Part shown: in pieces, positions 61,190 through 64,000 of the stretch
How positions within the stretch are numbered: position 1 is the first letter of the stretch
Layout of the letters: each line of letters opens with the position of its first letter
Origin: an uncultured Syntrophobacteraceae bacterium
GTDB taxonomy: Bacteria > Desulfobacterota > Syntrophobacteria > Syntrophobacterales > Syntrophobacteraceae
Assembly (NCBI GenBank): GCA_964623165.1
Contig: CAZURN010000001.1
Coordinates: forward strand, 134-64,133
Length of the DNA stretch: 64,000 nt
Direction of reading: 5' to 3'
Notes under the pieces: model-generated
Database searches by the model: none
The model's input: the letters and a program-made list of their open reading frames with translations, nothing else
Told to the model about the DNA's origin: nothing
Made by a program: the position numbers and the translations under genes

Positions 61190-64000
61190 TCAGAATGAAA
61201 CCACCCGTCGGGCATCGCCGGTTTCAACCCGCAGGTCATCGAAGAGTGTCACCGAGTCCGCCTTTGTCCAGAGCCCCACATGCCCCTGGGGAATCCTCTG
61301 GGCCTCATAGTCAATGACCCGCTGTCCATTGACGTACCCCTGAATGAGTCTGCCTTTCACCTCCACTCGGAGGTCCACCCACTCATTGGATGCAATCCTG
61401 AGTTCCGCCTCTTGCCGCAGGAGCCGCTTGCAGTCCTCGTATTCGAAAAGCGCTGCGTTGTCCTCCAGGGCATTGATGCGAAACGCGAAATAATGGCACA
61501 CATCCTTGAGGCCGAAAGCAATTCCACCCGCCCGGTCGATGTTCCCCCTGACCGGTTTCACACGAACACGAATGATCCCGTCTCCCATCTGCCAGTCCTT
61601 GACGATAACAAGGGGGAAATAGAAGTAGGCGTTAATGCTGTCCAGAAACTCCTGGTAAGACTTCCCAAAAGCCTTTCCCATGGCCCAGGCCACTCGCGAT
61701 GAGAGATGGGCGCCCCACTTGGAACCATCCTGCAGGCAGTGCACACGCTCCCCTTCTGCGATGCGGGTCCAATCACCGGTGTGGATGTACACTCCCCGGG
61801 GGGCATCCGCTCGCTTTCTTTCAAGGAAATTGTAGTCGCCCTGGAAGAAAGCTTCGGTGAAGTGCGCCACGTCGTGCTGACCCGTGATGGCCATGTCCAG
61901 GAGCCGCGTGCATGCCAGGAGCCGCCCCATCTGGTCCAGCTTATCCTCCATGGACACCCGGTCGTATCGGGTTAGAGAGGCATCGATGAGGTCTCCTTTC
62001 ATTTCCACGTCGAATCCAAGACGTTTGAGTACGTTTCCAAGGAAGCTGATTCGGAGGGATCTGCCCTGGAAGGAACCTGCCCCGCCGGAGAATTGAAGGG
62101 TGACGTAATTTTGGTTGGCGTCGTCCCCACACAGGGCGTCGACCGTGGCGAAGTGGTACCCGAACCGGGCACTGAGGTTCATGTAATCCTGGGAGATCAT
62201 GGCGTAGCTGGTTCCTCCCGGCGTTCCGCCTCCCACTTCAGCCATGGCCCCCGATGCCATAAGTGTCATGAAATTTTTCGCATCGAAGGCGACAGAACCG
62301 GACCAGGTGATCCCGGGATGACTGAACCCTTTCCAGATGGCCCGGAATGGAATCGATGTCACATGATCTGGGGTGAGGGTGTCGCACGTGGTGAGGCCAA
62401 ACTTGAGTCCACCTCCCAGGTCGATCACCTGGAGAAAGAGGGGAATCTTCGCCTTCAACCGAAAGGACGTGAAGCGGTCGGCGATGTCGCCGTAAGAGAA
62501 CATTTCCCGCATGGCCATCTCATGGGTGAACCGGATGATGTCGTGAAAGCTCTGACAGCCCTCGGGCTTGAAATTGTCGCCATCGGGATCAGTGAGATGG
62601 AGCGGCGAGACGTGGTCAAGGACTCGTCTCATCTTCCGAAAGAGGGGGCTTTCCACGTTGGGTCTCCTCGATGGACGGGCCTTCGCAGCCAGATGCTCCA
62701 CCTCGCCACGGTAGACAAGCATTCTCACGGCATCCAGGGTGATGCGTTCCTCTGGTTGCAGGACTGAGGACGCGACCTTGGTGTCCATCAAGGCAGCCAC
62801 CCCGAATTCCCGGGCTACCGAAGCGAGATGACTGGTGGTGCTCCCCATGTCCGTGATGATTCCACGAACCTTCCCCATGACCCTCGCGTAGGCCGGCGAT
62901 GCTGTCTTGGCCACCAGAATGGCATCCTCGGGGAGGTTATCAAGAGCACTCTCCTCGGCCGCCAGAAACACCTGCCCCAAGGCAATGCCTGGTGAGGCCG
63001 CCTTTCCTCCCGAGAGGATGACGGGATGCTCTGCCTCATCGACGAAGACCTCGTCCTCGGTTTCATTTGCTCCCACAGGGTGAACATGGAGGGGGCGCGA
63101 TTGCAGGATGAGAAGCGCTCCCTCCTGGTCCAGTGCCCATTCGACGTCCTGAGGACACCCAAAGTGTTCCTCGAGCCGTCGCCCGCAGTCCCAGAGCTCC
63201 TGGGCAACCTTCTCATCAATAGAAGGCAGCCATCCTTCTTCTTCGGACAAGCGTTCCTCGAGGATGCCTCCCTCGGGCCTTGTGACCATCCGATGTTCTT
63301 TGCGGCTAACGCTCTTCTCCAGGATGGTGCCGCTTTCACGATCAATGAGAAAGACGTCGGGAGACGCCTTGCCGCTGACGAGGGTCTCTCCGAGCCCCAT
63401 GACGGCGTTCAGTCTCATGGCATTCGGGACAGCCCGGGAGGGATCGACGGTGTAGAGGACGCCACCTGCCCTGGATTCCACCATGGCGACGCACGCGACG
63501 CACATGGGGGTTTCCCGCTCCTCGAGGCCGAACTGAATCCTGTAGGTGATGGCATGGGGAGAGTACTTGCTCGCAAGAACTGTCTTGTAAGCCTTCAGGA
63601 GATTCTCCATCGGGACATTGAGGACCGTCGTGTACTGACCTGCAAAGCTCGCCTCCGTGTCTTCCCCAAGTGCGCTGCTCCGGACGGCCACAGTGACTCC
63701 ACTGTGTGTCTTGGCCTCCAGATCGGCATACGCATCGAGGATAGACTGGGCGAGAACCTTGGGGACCTCAGCCTGAAGGATCAGTTCTCTTAGACGAGCA
63801 CTGGTTTCTTCCAGGCTTTCGAGCGAATCGGGCGAGAGTCTCGACAGTTCAGAGTCAATGGCCTCCTCGAGGTTGTTTTCCCTGACAAACCAACGAAATC
63901 CGTTGGCAGTGACCGCGAAACCCTGAGGTGTGGCAAATCCCAGAGTGTTCCCGGCAACAGCCAGGTTGCCCGCCTTGGCTCCGACCATTCTAGCAGACTC
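61190..64000 (-). CDS. PEP-utilizing enzyme family protein (PPDK_N ATP-grasp, phospho-His swivel domain, unknown middle domain, C-terminal DUF1080/lectin-like domain); 5' end probably outside the window
   Basis: VGAKAGNLAV (nucleotide-binding domain start), swivel-domain GIITDMGSTTSHLASVAREFGV, and a C-terminal GHVGLWTKADSVTLFDDLRV typical of DUF1080 beta-sandwich proteins. The frame stays open to the window edge. Confidence 0.8.
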   Translation of the reverse strand, partial: ESARMVGAKAGNLAVAGNTLGFATPQGFAVTANGFRWFVRENNLEEAIDSELSRLSPDSLESLEETSARLRELILQAEVPKVLAQSILDAYADLEAKTHSGVTVAVRSSALGEDTEASFAGQYTTVLNVPMENLLKAYKTVLASKYSPHAITYRIQFGLEERETPMCVACVAMVESRAGGVLYTVDPSRAVPNAMRLNAVMGLGETLVSGKASPDVFLIDRESGTILEKSVSRKEHRMVTRPEGGILEERLSEEEGWLPSIDEKVAQELWDCGRRLEEHFGCPQDVEWALDQEGALLILQSRPLHVHPVGANETEDEVFVDEAEHPVILSGGKAASPGIALGQVFLAAEESALDNLPEDAILVAKTASPAYARVMGKVRGIITDMGSTTSHLASVAREFGVAALMDTKVASSVLQPEERITLDAVRMLVYRGEVEHLAAKARPSRRPNVESPLFRKMRRVLDHVSPLHLTDPDGDNFKPEGCQSFHDIIRFTHEMAMREMFSYGDIADRFTSFRLKAKIPLFLQVIDLGGGLKFGLTTCDTLTPDHVTSIPFRAIWKGFSHPGITWSGSVAFDAKNFMTLMASGAMAEVGGGTPGGTSYAMISQDYMNLSARFGYHFATVDALCGDDANQNYVTLQFSGGAGSFQGRSLRISFLGNVLKRLGFDVEMKGDLIDASLTRYDRVSMEDKLDQMGRLLACTRLLDMAITGQHDVAHFTEAFFQGDYNFLERKRADAPRGVYIHTGDWTRIAEGERVHCLQDGSKWGAHLSSRVAWAMGKAFGKSYQEFLDSINAYFYFPLVIVKDWQMGDGIIRVRVKPVRGNIDRAGGIAFGLKDVCHYFAFRINALEDNAALFEYEDCKRLLRQEAELRIASNEWVDLRVEVKGRLIQGYVNGQRVIDYEAQRIPQGHVGLWTKADSVTLFDDLRVETGDARRVVSF

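Overview
This is a 64-kb chromosomal window, GC-rich by eye (high 50s %), with one clearly AT-rich island. The gene content looks like an anaerobic Deltaproteobacteria/Desulfobacterota-type genome, possibly a syntroph or sulfate-reducer relative; that assignment is an inference.

Gene order, left to right:
- panC-panD-metK-ahcY-mltA.
- An orphan SF2-helicase module.
- A secreted tandem M16 peptidase.
- A radical SAM gene.
- A GNAT acetyltransferase plus a NadB-like flavoprotein.
- A MenA-like prenyltransferase.
- A 1458-aa multi-PAS hybrid histidine kinase with two PocR-like domains.
- A GNAT next to a decayed integron-type integrase relic.
- ilvD.
- A methyltransferase plus an AmmeMemoRadiSam-type radical SAM.
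- A MucR/Ros regulator.
- A DUF2400-glutaredoxin-FTR redox trio.
- A sulfite-reductase-like Fe-S protein plus cysC.
- A glycan-decoration island with two sulfotransferases, a pyruvyl transferase, a methyltransferase and two GT4 genes.
- An LPS core / lipid A block with an LPS kinase, three GT9, one GT2, an LpxL-like acyltransferase and msbA.
- A solute-binding protein, a PaaK-like ligase and a four-gene Na+-translocating decarboxylase.
- An unassigned glycyl-radical-enzyme operon.
- An MFS transporter, a ChrB-like protein and a PEP-utilizing/lectin fusion that is truncated at the window edge.

I found no rRNA, tRNA, CRISPR array or intact transposase.

Most worth a second look:
1. A roughly 120-nt intergenic repeat family that I do not recognise, with 6 copies plus fragments.
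2. The glycyl-radical-enzyme operon with an SCP2-like accessory protein and a 4-TM protein.
3. The PAPS-linked sulfation island inside the LPS locus.
4. A 26-bp inverted repeat in a roughly 1-kb non-coding divergent region.
5. The in-frame fusion of DUF2400 to a glutaredoxin-like domain.

All functional calls come from motif and family recognition by eye; no database search was run.
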